From the IMG/VR virus record IMGVR_UViG_3300045988_002998: DNA of 42,273 bases. The stretch is one strand, 5' to 3'. The DNA comes from a virus. Below the pieces are notes generated by a model. It searched no databases. It was given only the letters and a program-made list of their open reading frames with translations, and was not told where the DNA came from. The stretch's first letter is position 1; every line of letters begins with the position of its first letter. Below are positions 9,324 to 17,063 of this stretch, piece by piece. The translations under genes and the position numbers were made by a program.

Positions 9324-9817
9324 TGGACACCAAGACCATCATCGTCACACTCGTCACTGACCGGACGAAGGCGGATGTGGAGCGCGTCAAGGCACTGGCC
9401 GGGAAGGGCTTCGCCGCAATGACGTCAGACGAGCAGGCGGAATGGCTGGCCGGGATGAAGGGCGCGTACAATGCGATCGATTTGAACCGCGTTGGCACGG
9501 CTCTGAACTATTTGGCTGGGCGTCTCGCGCCGCTTTGCGGGAAGAATATCCAGTGGTCAGCTAAGACGGATTGGAGCATGACGGACGTTATAACAGCTCC
9601 ACAGGCCGCTGTATACCGAAAGCAGATACAGGATGTGAGAGACGCGCTGACGTACCCGGCCGGAACACCTGCCGTACCGGAGATCGACCGGATGACGTAC
9701 ACTGGGGCAAACGATATCGAGCGCATTTTGGCGTTGTGCGAAACGCTGATCGATAACATTATTAAGGCGTTGCGGTACACCGGCGCGGCGGAATGCGCCG
9801 CAGGAGGACTGATATGA
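9323..9817 (+). CDS. Tail-fibre-associated protein, function unknown
   Basis: 164 aa; start overlaps the upstream stop; embedded between fibre genes. Confidence 0.35.
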   Translation: MDTKTIIVTLVTDRTKADVERVKALAGKGFAAMTSDEQAEWLAGMKGAYNAIDLNRVGTALNYLAGRLAPLCGKNIQWSAKTDWSMTDVITAPQAAVYRKQIQDVRDALTYPAGTPAVPEIDRMTYTGANDIERILALCETLIDNIIKALRYTGAAECAAGGLI

Positions 9818-11280
9818 AAGACAGACAACCGACACAGGTGCTGGCCAACGGCGCGATCCGATACGGCATTTACGGCGCCGACGGAACGCTCGACCACTAC
9901 GAATACATGAAGCGCGAGGACGAGCCTACAATCGAAGGTACGCCGCTCAATAAGGCAAATCTTTTATCCGACGTGACGGAGAATAAGATCTGGAACAACA
10001 AGGAGAAACCGGCTGATCCGACCGTCAACGATGCGCTGTACGAGTTATCTAAAGGCACGGCGCGTATCGGAGACATCTCCATGACTGCCCGCGGGGATCG
10101 CTCAACTTCGTGGCTCCCCTGCGATGGACGGGCAATTTCAAACGTCGAGTATCCGGATCTGTACAACGTCCTGCGCACGGACGTCGATGCGGGTGATTGG
10201 GATGAAATCGAAGTCACTGGCCTGAGCGGCACGCATCCATCCTTGTCGTATGTAAACGGACACTGGTTCTGCGTTGCGCAAAAAAGCGACAAAAGCCTAA
10301 ACATTGCAGTTTCAAGCGATTTCTCCTCGTTCGCAATAAGATCCATGTCCGTTGCGACGACATGGAATAATTCGCTTGGCTCTTATTCCCTGCTCAACAT
10401 TCTCGGCACAACACCCGTACATTATTATGCCGGTAAGTATCTGTTTGCTGCTTTTTATCTATGCTCAAAAGGCAACGGCTACGGATATGCGACGTTTATC
10501 GTATACTCGGACACACCGGCAGGAACGTGGCGCCTTTCTCCAGTCCAAGTACATACAGGACATGACAGGACGAAAGAGCACTATATCTCCGATCTGCTCA
10601 TCTACGATGGGATTTACTACATACCGGAGCCACGCCAAGATGGGATCCCAGACACCGGCACTTATTATTGGGCAACGGATATTCAAGGCCAGTGGACGAG
10701 GAAGCCGACCGCCTATGGCTTTGAGGCAAGAAACACACAGTCAAAAAACTATGGAGCTATTTACTCGGATGTTGGCAACTATGAGGTTTATAAATTCCAG
10801 GGGCTAAACGACGGGTATGTAGCAAGCTCTACCTATCCGGGCGGAACAATTGGATCTGCGATAAATCTTGCAGCAGCCGGGGACACAGTTATTTTAATCT
10901 GCGAAAAGGGTGCTGCGTATTCGTTGGATGGCGGAGAGACTTTTACTTCGGCAGCTACATTTGGGAGCGAATTTCCGACGGAACTAACGCACAATATAGC
11001 CATTTACGATGGAAATATCTGTGCCACTTTTCTAAAAAACGGAACAGAAAAATTTATTGCAGTAACAAGTGCCCCTGATTTTGCGTTCGCGATCAAGCCG
11101 GTCAACTATGAAATCGGATGGTTCGCGAATAATGGCAATACAGTTTCCGCAATTGTTGATAACTCCGAGGACGTACAAGTTAAACTCCTCACAAGAGATT
11201 TTTCGTACTCTGCAAAACGTATCCCCAAAATCACCCCCGATGGCCGCAGTTATGCTTACATCAAAGCGCTGGAGGAATAA
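9814..11280 (+). CDS. Receptor-binding / tail fibre protein with tail-collar-like motif
   Basis: AGGAGGA precedes ATG 9814 (ATGA overlap with the upstream stop; track ORF starts earlier at 9793). The motif WLPCDGRAISNVEYPDLYNVL resembles the phage tail collar domain. Confidence 0.55.
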   Translation: MKDRQPTQVLANGAIRYGIYGADGTLDHYEYMKREDEPTIEGTPLNKANLLSDVTENKIWNNKEKPADPTVNDALYELSKGTARIGDISMTARGDRSTSWLPCDGRAISNVEYPDLYNVLRTDVDAGDWDEIEVTGLSGTHPSLSYVNGHWFCVAQKSDKSLNIAVSSDFSSFAIRSMSVATTWNNSLGSYSLLNILGTTPVHYYAGKYLFAAFYLCSKGNGYGYATFIVYSDTPAGTWRLSPVQVHTGHDRTKEHYISDLLIYDGIYYIPEPRQDGIPDTGTYYWATDIQGQWTRKPTAYGFEARNTQSKNYGAIYSDVGNYEVYKFQGLNDGYVASSTYPGGTIGSAINLAAAGDTVILICEKGAAYSLDGGETFTSAATFGSEFPTELTHNIAIYDGNICATFLKNGTEKFIAVTSAPDFAFAIKPVNYEIGWFANNGNTVSAIVDNSEDVQVKLLTRDFSYSAKRIPKITPDGRSYAYIKALEE

Positions 11281-11283
11281 GTC

Positions 11284-11712
11284 ATGCAGGACAGACACGG
11301 CACGAATGATCTTGCAAACGGCGCTGTGCGGTACGGCGTGTACGATGCGGACGGGAGCCTGCTGCGGTACGAGTGGATCCGGCCCGAGGATGAGCCGCTG
11401 GAAGCAGGTACGCCGTTGCTCAAAGCAAACCTCCTGACGGACGCCACCGCCGAGAAAGTCTGGCCTGCGGGCGACGCGCCCGCTGATCCGAAGATCGACG
11501 GAGCACTCGCCAAGCTTACCACGCCGCGCGCCCGCCCCGGCGACGTCGTAACGACTGCCCGATATCTCGATGAGACATGGCACGTCTGCGACGGTTCGAC
11601 GTTTTCCCAGACTGATTACCCGGCGCTGTACGCCGTCCTCGGCAGCACGACGCTGCCGGATATCAGCTATTCAAGCGACACCACGACATACATCAAAATG
11701 GTGGACGATTAG
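11284..11712 (+). CDS. Short paralogue of the N-terminal ~130 aa of 9814..11280 (tail-collar-like)
   Basis: 142 aa. Alignable by eye: LANGAVRYGVYDADGSLLRYEWIRPEDEPLEAGTPLLKANLL / WHVCDGSTFSQTDYPALYAVL versus LANGAIRYGIYGADGTLDHYEYMKREDEPTIEGTPLNKANLL / WLPCDGRAISNVEYPDLYNVL. Confidence 0.55.
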   Translation: MQDRHGTNDLANGAVRYGVYDADGSLLRYEWIRPEDEPLEAGTPLLKANLLTDATAEKVWPAGDAPADPKIDGALAKLTTPRARPGDVVTTARYLDETWHVCDGSTFSQTDYPALYAVLGSTTLPDISYSSDTTTYIKMVDD

Positions 11713-11741
11713 CCCGCCGGAAAGAGAAAGGTACATAATCA

Positions 11742-12080
11742 ATGGATGCTGGAACCATCACTGCGATCATCTGCGCTGTCCTCGGCTCGTCCGCGCTGAC
11801 GGCGGTCGTCAACGCCGCTATCAGTGCAAGACAGAAAAAGCAGGACAAGTCCGATAATCAAAACACCCACCTTGCAGAGATCGACAAGAAGCTCGATCGG
11901 ATGCAGCAACATCAGGCGGAGCAGTATTTGTCCATCCTGCGGCTGACAATCATGTCAGAGGAGATGCCAATGTCCGAGCGCCTGATCGCCGGGCAGAAGT
12001 ATGTCAAGCTTGGCGGAAACGGCGACGTAAAAGCTTTCTTGCACCAGCTTGAAAAACAGTGCGAACACAATGGAGTTTAG
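11742..12080 (+). CDS. Membrane-anchored protein at the head of the lysis cassette
   Basis: 112 aa; N-terminal hydrophobic helix ITAIICAVLGSSALTAVVNAAI, then a charged coiled region; position before the holin/endolysin. Confidence 0.4.
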   Translation: MDAGTITAIICAVLGSSALTAVVNAAISARQKKQDKSDNQNTHLAEIDKKLDRMQQHQAEQYLSILRLTIMSEEMPMSERLIAGQKYVKLGGNGDVKAFLHQLEKQCEHNGV

Positions 12081-12327
12081 TAAAAAGTGGATGCTCGGCA
12101 GCGCGCTCGTCAGCTTCGCGCTCATCATCGCCTGCGCGGCAGGCGCAGACCTGACAGAGATCACGCTTGCAGCTATGGCCTAGACCACGGCCAGCACAGG
12201 CTTTTACCTCTGGAAAGCAAAAAACGAGAACCGCGCGAAGTACGCGCAAAAGTACATGGACAAATGGGCCGAGAAATACGGCCCGGAAGCGGCAGCACGC
12301 ATCGCGGAGATCGTGCTGAAAGACTGA
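12070..12327 (+). pseudogene. Two-TM holin-like small membrane protein gene interrupted by an in-frame TAG (12181..12183)
   Basis: ATG 12070 gives MEFSKKWMLGSALVSFALIIACAAGADLTEITLAAMA, then TAG. The same frame continues TTASTGFYLWKAKNENRAKYAQKYMDKWAEKYGPEAAARIAEIVLKD to TGA 12325..12327. No start codon follows the TAG before 12256. Confidence 0.5.
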
Positions 12328-12342
12328 AAGGAGTAACTACAT

Positions 12343-12651
12343 ATGGACTACACACAGATCATCTCGGCAGTGATCGCGCTCATCGGCGCGCTCGTTTCGG
12401 CGTTTTTGATCCCGTGGATCAAAACCAAGATTGACGCCGACAAGCTGCAGACCATCCGGGCATACGTCGAAATCGGCGTAAAGGCTGCGGAGCAGCTCTA
12501 TGACGCGACGGACGGCCCGGCGAAAAAAGCGTATGTCCTCAGCTTTTTGGCCGAAAAAGGGATCACATTTGATAGCGAGGTTGTTGACAAACTGATCGAG
12601 GCCACCGTGCTGCAGCTGCACCACGAGCTGTACGGGAGCGAGCGGGTATGA
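12343..12651 (+). CDS. Holin-like protein (single N-terminal TM; LL-H-type architecture by recall)
   Basis: 102 aa; GAAAGGAG RBS; TM IISAVIALIGALVSAFLIPWI followed by an amphipathic region; immediately upstream of and overlapping the endolysin start. Confidence 0.55.
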   Translation: MDYTQIISAVIALIGALVSAFLIPWIKTKIDADKLQTIRAYVEIGVKAAEQLYDATDGPAKKAYVLSFLAEKGITFDSEVVDKLIEATVLQLHHELYGSERV

Positions 12652-13349
12652 GTTACGTTATGAGAGCGTCCGAGCTTGTAAAAAAGCATATCGACGTTGC
12701 AAAGAATTACAAAACCGTGTACATGTGGGGCTGCTTCGGCTCTCCCGTCACGAACGGCATTATCACGGAAAAGGCGAACCAGTACCCGGACTGGTACGAC
12801 GCCGCAAAGCAGGCCAGATTCCGCGGCCTGATCGGGAAGGGCTACTTTGGCTTTGACTGTGTGAATCTCACAAAGGGGATCCTGTGGGGATGGAACGGCA
12901 ACAAAAATGCCTACCACGGCGGCGCACGCTACGCCGGCAACGCCGTCCCGGACGTCTCCGCAGACGGCATGATCGCGAAGTGTCAGGACGTATCCGCGTC
13001 CGGCTGGGACAAGCTGATTCCCGGCGAGGGCCTCTGGATGCCCGGCCACTGGGGACTGTACATCGGAGACGGTCTCGCGGTCGAGTGTACGCCGATCTGG
13101 GACAACGGCGTGCAGATCACCTGTGTCGGCAACATCGGCCTCAAGGGCGGCTACAACAGCCGTGTGTGGAAGAAGCACGGCAAGCTCCCGTGGGTGGACT
13201 ACGACACGGAAACCGTCGACAAGGCCGTCGAGGACGCCAAGAAGACCATCAAGACGAAGGCCGGACTTGCGGACAACACGATTAAATATCTGGCAGATTA
13301 CAAGTACGGCGATGACCTGCTGAAAAAATTGGCTGCGGCTATGAAGTAA
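12648..13349 (+). CDS. Endolysin, NlpC/P60-like cysteine peptidase
   Basis: 233 aa; FGFDCVNLTKG (Cys) and PGHWGLYIGDGLAVECT (His) arrangement typical of NlpC/P60; follows the holin. Confidence 0.7.
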   Translation: MSYVMRASELVKKHIDVAKNYKTVYMWGCFGSPVTNGIITEKANQYPDWYDAAKQARFRGLIGKGYFGFDCVNLTKGILWGWNGNKNAYHGGARYAGNAVPDVSADGMIAKCQDVSASGWDKLIPGEGLWMPGHWGLYIGDGLAVECTPIWDNGVQITCVGNIGLKGGYNSRVWKKHGKLPWVDYDTETVDKAVEDAKKTIKTKAGLADNTIKYLADYKYGDDLLKKLAAAMK

Positions 13350-13361
13350 GGAGGCGGCGCG

Positions 13362-13610
13362 ATGGCACCGCAGGCACGAGTTAATCTGCCGCCGGAGCTT
13401 GGCAGGCTGACGCGGAAGGACATGGAGGCTGTGATCTATCAGGCCAATCTTGGACGCGAGAACTCGCAGATCGCGCAGCTTTATTTCGTGGATAAGCTCC
13501 CGCAAGTGGACGTTGCAACAGAATTGTATCTTGGCCGCGCCACCGTGCAGCGCCGCCTGCCGGAGATCATGCGGGAAATGCAGCGGACATCGAGCAAACT
13601 GTACAACTGA
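13362..13610 (+). CDS. Small sigma-70 region-4-like HTH protein
   Basis: 82 aa; AAGGAGG RBS; IAQLYFVDKLPQVDVATELYLGRATVQRRLPEI resembles sigma/LuxR-type region 4. Confidence 0.5.
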   Translation: MAPQARVNLPPELGRLTRKDMEAVIYQANLGRENSQIAQLYFVDKLPQVDVATELYLGRATVQRRLPEIMREMQRTSSKLYN

Positions 13611-13611
13611 G

Positions 13612-13642
13612 ATAAGCGCCGAAAAATCGGCGCTTATTTTTT
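13612..13642 (+). terminator. Rho-independent terminator ending the late operon
   Basis: ataagcgccga-aaaa-tcggcgcttat (11-bp perfect stem) followed by TTTTT. Confidence 0.8.
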
Positions 13643-13663
13643 ATAACTTTTTTCATTTTCCTC

Positions 13664-13692
13664 TTGACTTTTACGCTCATTGAGCGTATAAT
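13664..13692 (+). promoter_or_regulatory. Sigma-A-type promoter of the accessory island
   Basis: TTGACT (13664..13669), 17-nt spacer, TATAAT (13687..13692). Confidence 0.7.
13673..13687. promoter_or_regulatory. 15-bp perfect palindrome (operator candidate) in the promoter spacer
   Basis: ACGCTCA-T-TGAGCGT lies between the -35 and -10 and touches the first base of the -10. Confidence 0.45.
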
Positions 13693-13736
13693 AAAGCCAT
13701 AAGATAAATCAAGGCGATAAGCCGGGAGGTAACAAA

Positions 13737-14012
13737 ATGGCACTCAACACTTACGGTATTAAAATGATCGGCCTGCGGAAGACGTCCGGAGCGACGATCA
13801 ACAGCAGCAACGGCTACAGCCAGATTTCCTATGACAAGGCGACCGGTGAGCTCCTCGAATCCTGGCACGTCGGATCCCCGATGAACAGTTGGGCGGAATA
13901 TCATGACCATGACGTGATTCACGTCTGCAACACGTCCCGTCATATGACGATGCAGCAGCTTGCCGATGCCGTCCACTGCGCGCTGACCCGCCGCCCGCTT
14001 GAGGCATTTTAA
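13737..14012 (+). CDS. Hypothetical protein (island gene A)
   Basis: 91 aa; GGGAGGT RBS 6 nt upstream; first gene after the island promoter. Confidence 0.5.
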   Translation: MALNTYGIKMIGLRKTSGATINSSNGYSQISYDKATGELLESWHVGSPMNSWAEYHDHDVIHVCNTSRHMTMQQLADAVHCALTRRPLEAF

Positions 14013-14015
14013 TCG

Positions 14016-14726
14016 ATGGCAGCGGGGAGACTGCCGGACGGCGGACGCAGAAAGATTGGCGGTACGGACTTCTGCGTCAGCTGCGGGAAGCCATATATTA
14101 TAACCGCTCCCGCGCAAAGCTACTGCCCGGAGTGCGCGCCGATTAAGCGCACAGAAGACCGGAGCGCATTCGTGAGAGTGTCTGCCGGAAACGGCCCCCG
14201 AAGGTTGGGCACAACGGACGTGTGCGCACGGTGCGGCACCATTTACACACTGACAGGGCCAAGGCAAAAATATTGCCCCAAGTGCGCGGATGCGCTGAAA
14301 CTCAACATATCCCGGCGTCACCTGGGTGATACGGCAACCTGTGAGATGTGCGGCGCTGAATATACCATTGCCGCCGGGAACCAGCGGTTTTGCCCGCGCT
14401 GCTCGCGCGTCCCGTCTGCGATAAAAAGGACGGTAGAGCCGTCCAGGCGGAAGCCGCGCAGGCTTAAGCCGCACAGGAAGACGATCCGTGATGATCTTGA
14501 CTGCGTTCCGTCGACGTTCCGCGACCTGCTTGATCGTTACGACATAACGCAAAGCCGTTTTGCGGAATACTTTGGCCTTGACGTTAGCACCGTTAGTAGG
14601 TGGTGCTCTGGTGAAATCGTATGCAGGCCTTATATCATTGCTATGGCCGCGAAGATTCTGTCGCTTGCCGCCGACGAGGTGCGCGGCGACGCCGAAAATT
14701 GCAAAAATGAGGAGGATCCCACATGA
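14016..14726 (+). CDS. Triple zinc-ribbon + C-terminal HTH protein (island gene B)
   Basis: Three repeats of the C-x2-C...(Y/F)CP-x-C type (FCVSCGKPYIITAPAQSYCPEC / VCARCGTIYTLTGPRQKYCPKC / TCEMCGAEYTIAAGNQRFCPRC). C-terminal FAEYFGLDVSTVSRWCSGEIVCRPYIIAMAAKIL. Confidence 0.6.
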   Translation: MAAGRLPDGGRRKIGGTDFCVSCGKPYIITAPAQSYCPECAPIKRTEDRSAFVRVSAGNGPRRLGTTDVCARCGTIYTLTGPRQKYCPKCADALKLNISRRHLGDTATCEMCGAEYTIAAGNQRFCPRCSRVPSAIKRTVEPSRRKPRRLKPHRKTIRDDLDCVPSTFRDLLDRYDITQSRFAEYFGLDVSTVSRWCSGEIVCRPYIIAMAAKILSLAADEVRGDAENCKNEEDPT

Positions 14727-15064
14727 AACTCACGCCCGCAATCCGCGCTGCTCTCTACGCCGAGACCGGCGCATACACTGACCGCGACGCCTATATCTCG
14801 GATCTGGCACTATCAAGCATCTGGGGCGACGCTGAAGACGCCGAGATCCCAGCGGAACGGCTTGCACTGCTCTGCGCGGTCTGGGACGGCGCGCACTGCA
14901 CAGCCCCGGAGCTTCTTAAAAAATACGGACTGTCACAGACCGGCTTTGCACAGTATTTTAACGTCCCCCTGCGCACCGTGCAGGGCTGGTGCCTCGGTGA
15001 GCGCGCATGCCCGCCGTATGTGATCGCGATGGCCGCGGAAATCTTAGCCATGAACGATCGATAA
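14723..15064 (+). CDS. HTH protein, paralogue of the C-terminal domain of gene B (island gene C)
   Basis: 113 aa; FAQYFNVPLRTVQGWCLGERACPPYVIAMAAEIL aligns with the C-terminus of 14016..14726; ATGA overlap. Confidence 0.55.
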   Translation: MKLTPAIRAALYAETGAYTDRDAYISDLALSSIWGDAEDAEIPAERLALLCAVWDGAHCTAPELLKKYGLSQTGFAQYFNVPLRTVQGWCLGERACPPYVIAMAAEILAMNDR

Positions 15065-15072
15065 TGCAAACT

Positions 15073-15105
15073 AAGCCCGTGGACTTCTCCGCGGGCTTGA
15101 ATTTT
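15073..15105 (+). terminator. Candidate rho-independent terminator
   Basis: aagcccgtgg-acttct-ccgcgggctt (10 bp with one G-U), then gaATTTT. Confidence 0.5.
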
Positions 15106-15145
15106 GAACCAAATTGATGCACAACTGAGGCACAAGAAGCCGCAA

Positions 15146-15192
15146 AAAAGCCCATACTGGACACATCAAAGGAGTGTTCGGTATGGGCTTTT
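15146..15192 (+). promoter_or_regulatory. 12-bp perfect hairpin enclosing the SD and start codon of 15183..15569
   Basis: aaaagcccatac (15146..15157) pairs with gtatgggctttt (15181..15192). The loop contains AAAGGAG and the right arm contains ATG 15183. Confidence 0.5.
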
Positions 15193-15569
15193 CTTATTTC
15201 AATCCAAATCCCGCCGGGCGGCAGGTCGGGGACTGCACTGTTCGAGCAATCGCAAAGGCGACAGGGAAAAGCTGGGATGAAATATATATCGGGCTGTGCT
15301 TGCAAGGTCTGATCTTGGGCGATCTTCCGAGTGCGAACAGTGTATGGGGTGCATACCTCCGGCAGCATGGTTTTACCCGGAACGTGATACCGGACACCTG
15401 CCCGGATTGCTACACGGTCGGCAGGTTTGCCGATGAGCACCCGCGCGGGACGTATATTCTCGCCCTTTCTGGGCATGTAGTGTGCGTGCAGGATGGGACG
15501 ATCTATGACAGCTGGAATAGCGAGACCGAAATACCGCTTTATTACTGGGTAAAAGAAACGGAGGAATGA
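15183..15569 (+). CDS. Papain-like (Cys-His-Asp) fold protein, function unknown (island gene D)
   Basis: AAAGGAG sits 8 nt before ATG 15183 (the track GTG 15174 lies inside the SD). VGDCTVRAIA (Cys), SGHVVCV (His), IYDSWN (Asp) ordering. Confidence 0.45.
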   Translation: MGFSYFNPNPAGRQVGDCTVRAIAKATGKSWDEIYIGLCLQGLILGDLPSANSVWGAYLRQHGFTRNVIPDTCPDCYTVGRFADEHPRGTYILALSGHVVCVQDGTIYDSWNSETEIPLYYWVKETEE

Positions 15570-15571
15570 AC

Positions 15572-16015
15572 ATGGCATATCCCTATTTCAATCCCTATTA
15601 TCCGCAGCCGATGCCGGATAACCTCATGCAGATGCGGCAGATGCAGCAGCCACAGATGCAGCCCATGCAGCAGCCTATGTCGCAGCCAGTGCAACAGAAC
15701 CCCATTGCGCAGAGCGGCGTGCAGTGGGTAAGCGGCGAGCAGGAGGCAAGGGGTTATCTTATCGCGCCCAACTCCGCTGTGGCGCTGTGGGATTCTACCG
15801 CGCCGACTGTGTATCTCAAGCAGGCGGATGCAAGCGGAAAGCCGACGCTCAAGATTTACGACCTTGTAGAGCGCGCAGAAACGCCACATACAGCTCCGCA
15901 GGGAAAGGGCGTGGAATTTGTCACCCGTAAAGAGTTTGACGCGCTGGCGGCGCTTGTGGGCGAAATAAAGGGCAAAAAGAAACGCAAGGCCGAGGAGGAC
16001 GAAGACGATGAGTAA
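15572..16015 (+). CDS. Q/P/M-rich N-terminus protein (island gene E)
   Basis: GGAGG (15560..15564) is 7 nt before ATG 15572; the alternative ATG 15566 is only 1 nt from the SD. N-terminus YPYFNPYYPQPMPDNLMQMRQMQQPQMQPMQQPMSQPVQQ, acidic/lysine tail. Confidence 0.5.
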   Translation: MAYPYFNPYYPQPMPDNLMQMRQMQQPQMQPMQQPMSQPVQQNPIAQSGVQWVSGEQEARGYLIAPNSAVALWDSTAPTVYLKQADASGKPTLKIYDLVERAETPHTAPQGKGVEFVTRKEFDALAALVGEIKGKKKRKAEEDEDDE

Positions 16016-16220
16016 TCCGTTTATGGCCGCGCTGGGCGGCGGGCAGGGTCCTATGGGCAACTTTGCCCAGATGGTGCAGCAGTTTAACCAGTTCAAATCG
16101 AATTTCAAGGGCGACCCAAAAGCCGAGGTCGAAAAGCTCTTGCAGAGTGGTAGGCTAAACCAGCAGCAGCTCAATCAGCTACAGCAGATGGCGAAGCAGT
16201 TTCAAAGCCTGATGCAGTAA
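16008..16220 (+). CDS. Small Q-rich protein (island gene F)
   Basis: 70 aa; overlaps the upstream stop; LNQQQLNQLQQMAKQFQSLMQ. Confidence 0.45.
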   Translation: MSNPFMAALGGGQGPMGNFAQMVQQFNQFKSNFKGDPKAEVEKLLQSGRLNQQQLNQLQQMAKQFQSLMQ

Positions 16221-16232
16221 TCATCAACATAA

Positions 16233-16257
16233 ATCAACATCGTGGCCACGATTTGAT
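16233..16257 (+). promoter_or_regulatory. Intercistronic hairpin (14-bp perfect palindrome core)
   Basis: atcgtggccacgat (16239..16252), extended by 5 bp with one bulge; followed by an A/T-rich tract. Confidence 0.3.
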
Positions 16258-16286
16258 GAATAAAAATTTTTCAAAGGAGTGATACT

Positions 16287-17063
16287 ATGTCTCTTTCTGA
16301 CGGCGGCGTTCAGGCCACTATGCCTGTTGCGCCAACCGGCATGATGAACAGCGGCTTTGGCGGCTTCGGCGGCGATGGCGCGTGGTGGATCATCATTCTT
16401 TTCCTGTTTGTTTTCTGCGGATGGGGAAACAACGGCTGGGGAAACAACGGCAACAGCGGTGCTGCTGACAATTACGTCCTTGCAAGCGATTTTGCCACTC
16501 TTCAGCGCCAGATCGACAGCGCAGCATCGACGATCGAACGTAAAGGCGACATTACGCAGCAGGGCATCTGCGATGGCTTCTACGCCATGAACACTACGCT
16601 GCTGAACGGCTTTGCGGGCGCCAATCAGAACATGAACAGCGGTTTCCAGAATGCCGAGCTTTCCCGCTGCAACCAGCAGGCAGCTCTCATGCAGCAGCTC
16701 AACGCCATGCAGATGCAGGCCGCAGATTGCTGCTGCGAAAACCGTGCAGCTATCGCCCAGGTGCGCTACGACATGGCGACGCAGGCGTGCGACACGCGCA
16801 ACACCGTGCAGAACGCCACGCGCGACATCATTGACGCGAACAACCAGAACAGCCGCGCCATCCTCGACTTCCTGACGCAAAGCAAGCTGTCCGACCTCCA
16901 GACTGAGAATCAGAATCTGAAGCTGGCGGCATCTCAGTCCGCGCAGAACAACTATCTGATCTCGCAGCTGCGTCCGTGTCCTTCGCCTGCCTACATTACT
17001 TGTAACCCGTGGGCAGGCAGCGGTTACGGCGGCTGTGGCTGCAATCAGGGTTGTGGCTGCTGA
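16287..17063 (+). CDS. Gly-rich/TM N-terminus, Q/N-rich coiled region, Cys-rich C-terminus protein (island gene G)
   Basis: 258 aa; AAAGGAG RBS; GFGGFGGDGAWWIIILFLFVFCGWGNNGWGNNG; ADCCCENR; C-terminus GSGYGGCGCNQGCGC. Confidence 0.55.
   Translation: MSLSDGGVQATMPVAPTGMMNSGFGGFGGDGAWWIIILFLFVFCGWGNNGWGNNGNSGAADNYVLASDFATLQRQIDSAASTIERKGDITQQGICDGFYAMNTTLLNGFAGANQNMNSGFQNAELSRCNQQAALMQQLNAMQMQAADCCCENRAAIAQVRYDMATQACDTRNTVQNATRDIIDANNQNSRAILDFLTQSKLSDLQTENQNLKLAASQSAQNNYLISQLRPCPSPAYITCNPWAGSGYGGCGCNQGCGC

Noticed and set aside
12181-12183. Genome-wide TAG stop-codon reassignment (as in some recoded gut phages)
   Set aside because: TAG terminates several well-supported genes at sensible positions (11710..11712, 12078..12080, 27650..27652, and the integrase stop at 18634..18636 on the minus strand). 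No other long gene is interrupted.
12087-12434. 115-aa Arg-rich ORF in the lysis region
   Set aside because: Low-complexity Arg/His/Gly translation typical of an off-frame read of GC-rich coding DNA. It conflicts with the holin-like frame (12070..12327) and the holin (12343..12651).
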